From Azolla caroliniana (Eukaryota > Plantae > Polypodiophyta): a stretch of 64,000 bases of DNA. The stretch is taken from contig JBHGNT010000007.1 of assembly GCA_043228905.1 (NCBI GenBank), positions 10,602,001-10,666,000 on the forward strand. Direction: 5' to 3'. Under the pieces are notes generated by a model. The model did no database searches. It was not told the DNA's origin and saw only the letters and a program-made list of their open reading frames with translations. The position numbers and the translations under genes were made by a program. Positions 1 through 11,908 of this stretch are shown here, in pieces; positions within the stretch are counted from its first letter, which is position 1; every line of letters begins with the position of its first letter.

Positions 1-1956
1 TCCGTTACCGCGTTGTCTTTTCCGGAGATGTGTCGTACCTCCCGATTAAGCGACATAACATATGCAATCCATCTTAGCATAGCCACATCCGGTATCGTGC
101 AACACCGCATCATCTCGAGTATCGGAAGACAATCCGTTTCGATCACTACTTCGGCTCCGATCAAATATTCTCGATCCGATTTGATTGCCGACACGACTCC
201 CCATAATTCTCTTTTGACTTGTGCATATCCGCGTTGCCTTTCGTTGAGAACCTTTGCTCCGAATCGGATCGGATATCGCGAACCATCCGGATCGGCTTGA
301 TTGATGACCCATCCGATTCCAGTTGGACTTGTGTCAACCATTACTATGATCGGTCGGTCATAGTTTGGCTTCTTTAGTGCTTTTGCCCTCCGTAGTGATT
401 TCTTGAGCTTCTTCACGGCTTTGGTATGCTCCGGTTTCCATTCGAACTTCTTACCTTTCCGCAACAAGTGATAGAGTGGGTTCGCAATATGTGCATAGTG
501 CGGAATCCATATGTGGTAGAATGCACATGCTCCGAGAAACCTTCGGACTTCAGATTGTGACTCACATATTTCTTTCATAGCTTGAATTGCATCGATCTTG
601 GTCGGTGACGGTCTTCGGCCGTAGGGCCCACATAGATGTTTGACTACCAATATTTCTTCTTGCCCGAATGCCGATTTATCCCCGGAAAGTGTTAGGTGCA
701 CATCTTCTAACTTTCTAAGCACTTTCTCGCAATCGCGAATATGGTCGACTACGAATTTTCGGCATCCTCGATCATCCATAGTTTCATCTTTTTCTTCTAC
801 CGCGCATCCTTTCATAAGAATGTCATCTAGGAATGACATCGTTATCTCCGGAATGCAGTCTCGAAGCACCTTGTTCATTGCATTCATCATATGTGCGACC
901 GAGTTCGTCGCGCCTTTTAGGTGTCTGCATGGTAGTGATGTCTCGGTTTTCCACGGCTAGTTGGAATTGGTCATACACCGAGTATAGGCCTCCGATGGAG
1001 TATATCGCTCGACCGGCAAATGCTTCTGCAAATTTGTCCACTATCGGACCGACTCCGGAGTTCCGGATCGTGACTTTGTTCACTGGTTGCAAGTCTTGGA
1101 TAAATCGGAGTGACCCATTCTTCTTCGGAACCGTAAACCATCGATTTGAGTACGGAGCGTTTGATGGCTCTAGAATCCCCATCGCCACCTTCTCCTTGAG
1201 CAAGTCGATGATTTTCGGAATATGCGCCCGCGGCACCAGAATCGGCTTCAGGTTCCATGGCACATGGTCAATCGTGAAGATCACCATTGGCTCCACTATC
1301 TTCGGATCAACGCACCCTATCTCCTTCGATGTGAATGCAAATGATTTCCCATGTTGTTCCAACATCCCTCGGAATCGTTCTTCTTCATTTTGTAAAAGGA
1401 AACCACCTCCACCGATCCGAAGTTTCTTCCGGGTCTCATCCGTGAAGGCATGTCCAATATCCACGGACTTCTGAAGTGTCGGATCTCCCGAGACTTCTTT
1501 CCTCTTTTGTTCGCTATCGGTAGGTAGTGGTCTCGTGGCTGGTTTCACCTTCTTCTCCACGGTCTTGTATTTCGTACTTACCATTGCTTCTTCTTTGCGG
1601 AGCGCATCCGGCCCCATTTCCACAATGATCTCATACATCTCTACCGATTCCACCGGGACTACCCGGTCTCCCTGGCTTGTATCTTTCGTGAGCTCTTCAA
1701 GCCGTTGTAGCGTGCTCCCATAGAACACTTCTTCGACTATTCCCACGATTTCTTCATCTTCTTTTATTATTGATGCCGATCGTAACTTATCCTCCACTTT
1801 TCGGTATTCTTTCTTCATTCCTCCGGTTACGACCGTGTAAGTAGATGCCCCATCCGGACCGATTCATACTTGTTTTGCTCCGAGAGTTTTCTTCCTGTGT
1901 GGGGTATCAGGGCTTCTCGGACTATCACTTCCCCACTCCGCAACAGTCCGCTCTAA
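1..1956 (-). pseudogene. pol: pol (RT-RNase H) of copy A, disrupted
   Basis: ORF 823..1818 has RT motifs (PYSNRWFTVPKKNGSLRFIQDLQPVN). There is a small deletion/frameshift near 918, and RNase H remnants run to base 1. Confidence 0.9.
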
Positions 1957-1962
1957 AAATCC
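1899..1962 (-). promoter_or_regulatory. putative -1 ribosomal frameshift signal (G GAU UUU plus pseudoknot), copy A
   Basis: Slippery heptamer at 1956-1962 immediately before the gag-pro TAG, 5-nt spacer, 11-bp stem, and loop GUGGGG pairing with downstream CCCCAC. pol lies in the -1 frame. Confidence 0.75.
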
Positions 1963-4005
1963 ATCCTTGTTTGGGACAAGAGCTCTCTCTTGTTCCTTTC
2001 ATGATTTGCCGGCACAGTTAGGAATTGGATGGATTTCCCTCTGCTTTGGCTCCGAATTCGTGCGAAAGCCGCACCGCTATCGAGCACCTTTGTCTCCATC
2101 CGTGAAGCCGTGATAAAGGGTTGCCCGAGGATCACGGAATGTGAGACCTCGTCTTGTACGAAGAAATTTTGGTCGATCTCGACATCCCCGATCTTCACCG
2201 TCACATCCGGACAAGCCGCAAATAGATATTCCGTTGCTTTAGTGGCCGCCCAGATCTTCCATCCATGATTGGTGTTAATAGGCCACTTCCCCTTCCGGTA
2301 GAACTCTTTGGACATCAAATTGATCTCCGATCCGTGATCAATCAACGCTAGCAGGGGCTCTTTGATGTTGCCGATTCAGACCGGAGTCTCCGTAGTTGCA
2401 CGCGCCCAATGTGGCTTTCTATAGTTGGAATTCAGAATCTCGTCCTCCATTTGGGTGTCGTTCATCAGAACGGTATTTGCATTCACCATCGGTGTATTTT
2501 CCTCTGTAGTTTGTCTTTTTCTTTTTACGAGATCCACAAGAAGATCATGGAACTCGTTTTTTGCTATTCCGAGTAGTTCCCGAAGTGAAAAATCTACCCG
2601 GCTGTCGAGGATTCTCTCCTCGAACACTTTCTTTATGTCCATTCGTTGCTCGATGTCCGAAGCGAGTTTGAATGTCAGAATCGATTTTCCTTTCCCTCTT
2701 CCGTCGGAGTTCCAACTCTCCGGTGTCTTCGATGGTCCAACCGCATCCTCTGTGCGTCGCCACTTCTCGTCCACATACACCTCATGTAATTGACATAGGG
2801 CGTATACGCTATTCTTATCGACGGGGCACTCACATCCCGTAGCTTCCCGGATGCCTTCCGCGGTGCTTCGGATCTCGTTGGAGTCGGTTTTCTGGGTGTT
2901 TTCTAGCACTTCCGGCCAAAAAGACACCTTTGCTCCCGATGACTCCCCGACACGTATTCCCGTAGTTGTCGCCTAATTGCTCTTCGCCGCTATTTCCTCC
3001 TCTAGGACCTTCTTCATTCAGCCTTTTCGGAAGTTCGGTCGGAACGGCTTCCGAGAGTCCATCGAATGAATCTGATTTCCCTCGTAGTAGATAAGATCCC
3101 GTCGTAGCGCTTCCTTGTGCACGTCGCAATCCCTCTGATCATGTTCGGTGCTATCACACCATATGCACCGACGGTCCATATACTTGGAACTTGTGGGACA
3201 GTCATCCGACTTCTTCACCATCGCGATTTTTAGATTATCCATCTCCTTCAACAACTGCTCCACCGTAGTTGCATCGATTCCCTTCTCAGTCGTAGCTTCC
3301 CGAGCCCGCGGTTGATGGTCTTCCAATCCGGATCTCGGTTTCGGAATTGGTTTTGAAATCCTCTTTTCTTCGTTGGCAAGCCATTGCCTCCTCTTTGTGT
3401 ATCGAGCGACGATATCCCGCACGATTTCCCATGTTTCGGTGAGGCCACTCTCGGTAGTCGTGTCCTCTAGAAGCACTCCAAGATCCTTTCGGTCACGGCA
3501 GTCTACGGCTCATAAGAACATGATAACTTTGTCCGGTGCGAGGATAGCTTGATCTCTCGCAGACAACCTCCCGAACCGAGTTTCGAATGCCGAAAACACA
3601 TTGAGGACCTTCATCCCTTGTCCGGCGTTTCTACCCAATCCTCGAATCCTCTCCGCGTTGCCTTGGAGGAGTCCTCGATAGCAAACGTGGGCTTTAGCGC
3701 CTCTTCAAATGCTTCCCACGTCGGATTTTGTTGTCGTAGCCCGTGGATACTTGCTTGAAGCCTGTCGGTAGCTACCCGGTTGAAGGATGTCACTTGCAGT
3801 CCTTCTGAAATCCCGCATCGTATCATTTTCTCCTTGTAGTCCCGAAGATACGTCCTTCCCGTTGTGATACGTCCTTCCCGTTGAATTGCCTGATCCGTTG
3901 CACGAGCCACTCCACTGTCGCCGCTATCTCCAACGTCGCACGCTGTTCTTGAAGCATCCACTCGAACATCATCATCATGTTGTTAGCCTCCGGTTGATTT
4001 TCCAT
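1953..4005 (-). pseudogene. gag: gag-protease of copy A, disrupted
   Basis: ORF pieces 3823..4026, 3611..3961, 3018..3476, 2376..2927 and 1953..2345 are colinear with copy B gag-pro. Confidence 0.9.
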
Positions 4006-4021
4006 CTCCTTGCCACCTGTT

Positions 4022-4039
4022 TTCACATCGGGTTCACCA
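4022..4039 (-). promoter_or_regulatory. primer binding site, tRNA-Trp
   Basis: TGGTGAACCCGATGTGAA, 4 nt inside the LTR, complementary to the plant tRNA-Trp 3' end (..TTCACGTCGGGTTCACCA) as I recall it. Confidence 0.85.
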
Positions 4040-4043
4040 CTTG

Positions 4044-4680
4044 TGTTGTGCCTTTCGGCGCCGGATCGTTTGCGTGAGTCGGGTGGGAACCACTGAGGTT
4101 TTGGACTAGGAGAAAAGAAAATTCTAAGGTAATGAAGAATATGAAATATGTTGTAAGAAAGAAAGATATGAAAAAATTCGTGAATCCCACGAGTATAGTG
4201 TATTAGTGAGTACTTTGATTAAGAGAGAAAAATAGTTAGCAAATTTGTGAATCCCACGATTATATTATATTAATCCACCCTTGTAAAATAAGCAACAACC
4301 CCCCATACATCTTTCTCTCCTCCTTATATAAGGATGGAAGAGGCTAAGCATAGCTTTATGCTTTCTGTAAAGTGTTCATGCACACTAAATGTGCATGAAT
4401 TGCCTTTTTACACTATGCTTTTATTTCCTAAATATAGTGCTCATGCTCGTTAGATGTGCACGAGTCATTTTTTATTGGTGTACATTTTTCTTATAAATAA
4501 AGTATTCACGCATTTTTAAAAAAAATGCATGACTTACCTTTTAATAAAGGTAGACGTAAATAAAGGTCTTATACATATTAAATCTATATTTAGAACACTT
4601 AGGATAAGTTAGTACAATGGTAAGGTTGGGGTTTGTCTATGCACGTAATAAATATTTTTAATATTTTATTTTTATTTATA
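4044..4680 (-). repeat. 5' LTR of copy A, truncated at its 5' end
   Basis: Ends ..GGCACAACA next to the PBS. Its outer end abuts the LTR of copy B in inverted orientation. Confidence 0.85.
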
Positions 4681-5330
4681 GTAGTGTGAATCACACACTA
4701 CATGAAATATGTAAAACACTATATCCGATTTAGAGTACGTATAAGAAATAAAAATAAAATATTAAAAATATTTATTACGTGCATAGGGCATGATTCGAAC
4801 CTTGTAGCTCCACGTAGACAAACCCCAACCTTACCATTATACTAGCATACTATAAATTTTAAAGTTATACTAAACTTTATCCCATCTAAATATTCTAGAT
4901 ATGCATGGTATAAAAAGTTATTCATGCATATATACTCGAGTTAAAAGAAATGATAGGATAGAAAGCTAATCATGCACATGCAGTGTGCATGAAAACTAAA
5001 GTTAGGAAAAGCATTATGCTTGCATGTGATAAACTTAGACTCTTCCAACACTATATAAGGAAGAGAGAAAGATGTATAGGGTTGTTGATGTTTTTTAGAA
5101 GGATTGATTAATACAAAACACTTGTGGGATTCATGATTTTACCATCTAATTCTCTCTTACAATCTAATTACCCATTAATACATTATACTCGTGGGATTCA
5201 CGAGTTTCATATCTTCTTCTTACAATCTCATTCTAACTAACATTATCTCATATTCTTCTTTCTCCTAGTCCAAAACCCCAACGGTTCCCACCCGACTCAC
5301 GCAAACGATTCGGTGCCAAAAGGCACGACA
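4681..5330 (+). repeat. 5' LTR of copy B
   Basis: Matches the LTRs starting at 11299 and 22199 apart from the first few bases. Ends GGCACGACA followed by CAAG and the PBS. Confidence 0.9.
4792..4844 (-). promoter_or_regulatory. tRNA-like A-box/B-box module in the copy B LTR
   Basis: TAGTATAATGGTAAG ... GGTTCGAATC with tRNA-like spacing. Confidence 0.65.
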
Positions 5331-5334
5331 CAAG

Positions 5335-5352
5335 TGGTGAACCTGACGTGAA
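5335..5352 (+). promoter_or_regulatory. primer binding site, tRNA-Trp
   Basis: TGGTGAACCTGACGTGAA. Confidence 0.85.
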
Positions 5353-5368
5353 AACGGGTGGCAAGGAG

Positions 5369-7414
5369 ATGGAGACTAACAATATGATGGTGATGTTCGA
5401 GTGGATGCTATAAGAACAACGCTCGATGTCGAAGATTGCAGCGGTAGTTGAGCGGCTTGTGCAACGGAACGGGCAATTCAACATGAAAGATGTGTCGCGA
5501 TATTTGCGGGACTACAAGGCGGAAATGCTACGGTGCAGGATCTCGGAAGGACTGCAAGTGACATCCTTCAACCGGGTGGCGACCGACAGGCTTCAAGGGA
5601 GTATCCACGGGATATGGAAACCAAATCCGATGTGGGAGGCATTTGAAGAGGCGTTAAAGACGACATTCGCCATTGAGGACTCCTCCAAGGTAACGAGCTC
5701 CAAGGTAACGAGGAGAGGATTCAAAGATTGGGTGGAAATGCCGGATAAGGGGATGAAGGTCCTGGATGTGTTTTCGGCATTTGAAAGTCGGTTCGGGAGG
5801 CTGTCCGCGAGAGATCAAGCTATCCTTGCACCAGAAAAAGTGATCATGTTCCTACGAGTCGTGGACGTCCGGGACCGGAAAGATCTTGGAGTGCTTCTGG
5901 AGGACATAACCACCGAGAGTGGCCTCACTGATACATGGGATAACATGCGAGATATCATCTCACGATATACAAAGAGGGGGAAATGTCTTGCTAATGAAGA
6001 AAATAGGGTTTCGGAACCGATTCCGAAACCGAGATCTGGATTGGAAGACCATCAACTGCGGGCTCGGGAGACTACAACCGAGAAGGGAATCGATGCAACC
6101 ACGGTGGAGCAATTGCTGAAGGAGATGGAGAATCTGAAAATCGCGATGGTGAAGAAGACAGAAGACCGTCCCACAAGTTCCAAGTACATGGACCGTCGAT
6201 GCATATGGTGCGATAGCACCGAACATGATCAGAGAGATTGCGACGAGCACACGGAGGCGTTACGACAGGATCTTATCTAGTACGAGGGTAATCGGATTCA
6301 TTCGATGGATTCTTGGAAGCCACTTTGACCAAACTTCCGGAAAGGCGGCATGAAGGAGGTCCTAGAGGAGGAGATCGCGGCGAAAGACAATTATGCGACA
6401 ACCACAGGAATACGTGTGGTGGAGTCATCTGCAGCAAAGGCGTCTTTTTGGCCGGAACTGTTAGAAATTTCGAAGAAAGCCGACCATGATGAAATCCGAA
6501 GCGCCGCGGAATGTATCCGGGAAGCTACGGGATGGGAGTGCCCCGTAGATAAGTATAGCGTACATGCGCTATGTCAATTACATGAAGTGTATGTGGATGA
6601 AAAATGAGGGCGCACGGATGATGTGGCCGGACCATCAATGACACCGGAAAGTTGGAATTCCAGAGGGAAGGGAAAAGAAAAGACAATTCTGGCATTCAAG
6701 CTCGCCTCGAACATCGAACAACAAATGGACTTGAAAAAGGTGTTTGAGGAGAGAATTCTCGATAGCCGGGTAGAATTTTCGCTTTGGGAATTACTCGAAA
6801 TAGCGAAGAAGGAGTTCCACGATCTTCTTGTGGATCTCGTGAAGAGAAAAAGACAAATTACGGAGGAAAATGCTCCAAGGCTGAATGCAAATACCGTTTT
6901 AATGAATGACACCGAAGTGGAGGACGAAATACCAAACTCCCACTACGCAAGGCCACTCTAGGCACGTGCAACTACAAAGACTCCGGTCCGAATCGGCAAC
7001 ATCGAAGAGCCCGTGCTAGCATTGATTGATCACGGATCGGAGATCAATTTGATGTCCACGGAGTTCTACCGGAAGGGGAAGTGGCCTATAAACACTAACC
7101 ATGGATGGAAGATCTGGGGAGCCACTGAAGCAACGGAAGATCTATTTGCGGCTTGTCTAGATGTGACGATGAAGATTGGGGATGTCGAGATTGACCAAAA
7201 TTTCTTCGTACAAGACGAGGTTTCACATTCCGTGATCCTCGGGCAACCATTTATCACGGCATCACGAATGGAGACGAAGGTGCTAGATAGCGGTGCAGCT
7301 TTCACACAAATTCGGAGCCAAAGCGGAGGGAAATCCGTCCAATTCCTAACTGTGCCGGCAAATCATGAAAGGAACAAGAGAGAGCTCCTGTCCCAAACAA
7401 GGGTGGATTTTTAG
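5369..7414 (+). pseudogene. gag: gag-protease of copy B (one frame, premature stops)
   Basis: ORFs 5426..6280, 6350..6607, 6623..6961 and 7013..7414 share one frame. CCHC knuckle and LIDHGSEINL protease motif. Confidence 0.9.
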
Positions 7415-7468
7415 AGCGGATTGTTGCGGAGTGGGGAAGTGATAGTCCAAGAAGCCCTGATACCCCAC
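7405..7468 (+). promoter_or_regulatory. putative -1 frameshift signal, copy B
   Basis: G GAT TTT TAG at 7405-7414, then a stem and GTGGGG/CCCCAC pairing. The -1 frame is open into pol (LERIVAEWGS...MKKEY). Confidence 0.75.
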
Positions 7469-9455
7469 ACAGGAAGAAAACTCTCGAACCAAAACAAGTA
7501 CGAATCGGTCCGGATAGGGCATCTACGTACACGGCTGTAACCAGAGGAATGAAGAAAGAATACCGAAACGTAGAGGATAAGTTGCGGTCGGCATAAATAA
7601 TAAAAGAAGACAAAGAAATCGTGGGGGTAGTCGAAGAAGTGTTCTATGGGAACACACTACAACGGCTTGAAGAGCTTGTGGAGGATAAAAACCAAGGAGA
7701 CCGGGTAGTCCCGATGGAATTGGTGGAGATGTACGAGATCATTGCGAAAATGGGGCCGGATGCGCTCCGCAAAGAAGAAGCAATGGTAAGTACGAAATAC
7801 AAGACCGTGGAGAAGAAAGTGAAACCGACTGCGGGACCATTACCCGCCAATAGTGAGCAAAAGAGGAAAGAAGTCTTGGGAGATCCAACACTTCGGAAGT
7901 CCGTGGATATCGGACATGGCTTCACGGATGAGACCCGGAAGAAACTTCGGATCGGTGGAGGTGGTTTACTTTTACAAAATGAAGGAGAATGATTCCATGA
8001 GATGTTGGAACAACATGGAAAAGCATTTGCATTCACATCGAAGGAGATAGGGTGCGTTGATCTGAAGATAGTGGAGCCGATGGGGATCTTCACGATTGAC
8101 CATGTGCCGTGGAACCTGAAGCTGATTCTGGTGCCACGGGCGCATATTCCGAAAATCATCGATTTGCTCAAGGAGAAGGTGATGATGGGGATTCTAGAGC
8201 CATCAAGCGCTCCGTACTCAAATCGATGGTTTACGGTTCCGAAGAAGAATGGGTCACTCTGATTTATCGAAGACTTGCAGCCAGTGAACAAAGTCATGAT
8301 TCAGAACTCTGGAGTTGGTCTGATAGTGGATGAATTTGTAGAAGCATTTGCCGGTCGTGCGACATACTCCATCAGAGACCTATACTCGGGGTATGACCAA
8401 TTCCAACTAGCCGTGGAGAGCCGAGACATCACTACCATGCGGACACCGATAGGATTAGTCCGTATGTGTACGCTACCACAAGGCGCGATGAACTCGGTCA
8501 CACATATGATGAATGCAATGAACTAGGTGCTTCGAGACTGCATTCCGGAGATAACGATGCCATTCCTAGATGACATTCTGATGAAAGGATGCGTGGTAGA
8601 AGAAAAAGATGAAACTATGGATGATCGGGGATGCCGAAAATTCGTAGTCGACCATATTCGCGATTGTGAGAAAGTGCTACAAAAGTTAGAAGATGTGCAC
8701 CTAACACTTTCCAGTGAGAAATCGACATTCGGACAAGAAGAAATATTGGTAGTCAGAAATCTATGTGGGCCCTATGGCCGAAGACCGTCACCGACCAAGA
8801 TCAATGCGATTCAAGCTATGAAAGAAATATGCGAGTCACAATCCGAAGTCCGAAGGTTTCTTGGAATATGTGCATTCTATCACATATGGATTCCGCACCA
8901 TGCACATATTGCGGACCCACTCTATCACTTGTTGCGGAAGGGAAAGAAGTTCGAATGGAAACCGGAGCATACCACAGCCGTGAAGAAGCTCAAGAAATCA
9001 CTACGGAGGGCAAAAGCACTAAAGAAGCCGAACTATGACTGACCGATCATAGTAACAGTTGACACAAGTCCAACCGGAATCGAATGGGTCATCAATCAAG
9101 CCAACTCGGATGGTTCGCGATAGCCGATCCGATTCAGAGCAAAGGTTCTCAACGAAAGGCAACGTGGATATGCACAAGTTAAAAGAGAATCATGGGGAGT
9201 CGTGTCGGCAATCAAATCGGATCGAGATTATTTGATCGGAGGCGAAGTAGTGATCAAAACAGATTGTCTTCCAATACTCGGGATGATGCGGTGTTGCACG
9301 ATACCGGATGTGGCTATGCTAAGGTGGATTGAATATGTTTTAATCCGGAGGTACGACACATCTCCGGAAAAGACAATGTGGTAGCGGATATGCTATCAAG
9401 GGCGTGGTTCGGAGATGACATAATCGAATCCGATAATGAAGAAGTTTCCGAAGAC
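7411..9455 (+). pseudogene. pol: pol (RT, RNase H) of copy B
   Basis: In-frame ORF pieces 7621-9042 including the MPFLDDI RT core. RNase H remnants extend to about 9450. Confidence 0.9.
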
Positions 9456-10325
9456 AAGCACCGGTAATGCGTACGTGATACTTCCTACTACCGATGCGTA
9501 GGGTATCTTTCCATTAAGTTCGCTCTCCATTGCAGGAGAGTCTCTGTCCGATAGTTTGATTGACGTTGGAAGCGATATTGGTGCTGGCTTCGCATTCTCC
9601 ATGTTGAAGCGCTTCAGCACCTTGTGGATGTATTCAGACTGGGAGAGACTTGGTCGTCCGATCTCACTTTATGCTCATGCCCAATGTGTGTCGGGCTTGT
9701 CCTAGTTCCTTCATTGCGTGAAGGCTCCACTTCAACTTACCGATTTTTGCTTGATTGCTCCCTACAATCAGCATGTCTTCGACATATAGGATCAGATAGA
9801 TCTTGGACTCGTCGGCCAATTGCCGAACATACATGAATGGGTCGAAGTCTGATCTGCTGTATCGAAGCTGCCGTATGTAGGAGTGAAACTTCTAGTACCA
9901 CATCCTTAGCGCTTGTTTGACGCCATATAGACTTTTCTTAAGTCTGCATACGAGGTGATTGTCCTCCCCCATCTCTGTGAAGCCTGCCGGTTGAGACATG
10001 TATATGTCTTCTTCCAGATCTTCGTGTAGGAATGCCGTCTTTACGTCCATCTGCTCGAGCTCTAGATCTTCTGTCGCCACGACTCCTAGTAGGAGTTGGA
10101 GGGTGGTCATCTTGACTACTGGTGAGAATATCTCGTTGTAGTTGACTCCATATTCTTGTTTGAATCCTTTCGCGACAAGCTGAGCTTTGTACTTGGGTTT
10201 CTCTGAGTCGAATACATACTTGTATCGGAACACCCATTTGCAAGGTAGCGGCTTTCTTCCTGTTGGTAGTTCAACCAGCTCCCATGTCTGATTCTGATGA
10301 ATCGAGTCCATTTCAGATTTCGGTC
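9456..10325 (-). pseudogene. Ty1/Copia RT fragment
   Basis: TWELVELPTGRKPLPCKWVF, QMDVKTAFLH, CRLKKSLYGVKQA and IPYASVVGS motifs. Confidence 0.9.
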
Positions 10326-11298
10326 GAGTGATTGTCAAGTATATCAGGCTTCCGAAAATTTGTCAGAACCATTTCTCATTGCAGGTGGGTCCGGAGTTGG
10401 GACAGAGCTTGTGGTTCCGGTCTAGGCGTGTGGAGACAAGTCGGCATTCCTTCATGCCGAAATTGTATAGCATATTCAACACATAGTGTCGTTGTGAGAG
10501 CAATATGCCATCGGGGGTTCGGATCACCTCGATCCCAAGAAAATAATGAAGCTCCCCCAAGTCCTTCATTTCAAATGCGTCCGACAGTTGGGACTTTACT
10601 TGGCCGATTTCATTGAGCCCGAGTTCAGTGATGACTAAATCATCAACATAAAGTAGGATGAAAACCAGACCGTCTAGACCTTGCCGGATGAACAACGATG
10701 AGTTAGATTTAGAGGTCACAAACCCCATCTTACACAACCGGTGCGTGATCTTCGCATTCCAAGCTCGGGGGGCTTGTTTTAGACTATAAAGCGACTTCTT
10801 AAGCCGGCACACCGCCGACTTGTTTATCTCCGACTGAAAACTAAGAGGTTGTATCATATAGACCTGTTCTTCAAGGTCACCTTGAAGAAACACATTCTTC
10901 ACGTCCATTTGGTGAAGATGCCACCCCCTTGCCGCAGCAACCGCCAGTACCACACGAACCGTCGTCATCTTCGCTACCGGAGTGAAGGTCTCGTCGTAGT
11001 TGATTCCATGGGTCTGTGCGTATCCCTTTGCCACTAACTGGGCCTTGTACTGGTTAACCAAACCATCAACATTGTACTTTACCTTGTACACCCATTTGCA
11101 ACCGATCAGTTTACAGTGTCGGGGAGGGTCAACGAGGTCCCATGTGTCGTTGGCATCTAGTGCCCGCATTTCTTCCTCCATAGCGGCATGCCAATTTGCG
11201 TCCTTTGCCGCTTCTGCGTAGCTCTCCGTTCATGCACTTCTGCCACCTTAGTCATGAACGCATAGTGATGCGCCATGTACTCATTGTACCCATAGCGC
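10326..11298 (-). pseudogene. Copia element J, RT part (continues at 23166 beyond inserted copy C)
   Basis: ORF 10363..11181 with QMDVKNVFLQG and LYVDD. The frame joins across copy C as ..VTR/YGYNEY. Confidence 0.9.
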
Positions 11299-11869
11299 TG
11301 TCATAGTGTAATTCGCACACTATGTGAAATATGTAAAAAAATATATCCGATCGTAGTACGCATAAATAAATAAAAGAAAATATTAAAAATATTGTTACAT
11401 GTATAGGGTAGGATTCGAACCCTGTACCTCCATGTTAACGATTTTAATCTTACCACTATACTAGCATATTATGAGTTGTAATGTTATACTAAACTTTATC
11501 CCATGTAAATATTCTAGATAAGCATGATAGAAAAAGTTATTTATGCATACACACTTGAGTTAAAAGAAAAGATGTGATAGATAACTAATCATGCACATGT
11601 AGTGTGCATGAAAACTAAAGTTACAAAAAGCATGATGCTTGCATGTGATAAACTTAGACTCTTCCATCACTATATAAGGAAGAGAGAAAGATGTATATGG
11701 GGGTTGATTTTTTATAAGGATTGATTAATATAAAATATTTGTGGGATTCACGATTTTGCCATCTATTTCTCTCTTACAATCTAAGTATCAATTAATACAC
11801 TATACTCACGGGGTTCACGATTTTCATATCTTCTTCATCGCAAACGATTTGGCGCCGAAAGGCGCGACA
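11299..11869 (+). repeat. 5' LTR of copy C
   Basis: TGTCATAGTGT...GGCGCGACA. Contains an antisense A/B-box module at 11411-11463. Confidence 0.9.
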
Positions 11870-11908
11870 CAAGTAGTGAACCCGACGTGAAACCTGGGTG
11901 GCAAGGAG

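Larger units (their letters stand above)
1..4680 (-). mobile_element. Ty3/Gypsy LTR retrotransposon, family A copy A (degenerate; runs off the window start)
   Basis: Minus-strand order is LTR, tRNA-Trp PBS, gag (CIWCDSTEHDQRDC knuckle), protease (IDHGSEINL), RT, RNase H. Closely similar to copies B and C. Confidence 0.95.
4681..9455 (+). mobile_element. Ty3/Gypsy family A copy B, 3'-truncated after RNase H
   Basis: LTR 4681-5330, PBS 5335-5352, gag-pro 5369-7414, pol from 7411. Abrupt junction to Copia sequence near 9455. Confidence 0.95.
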
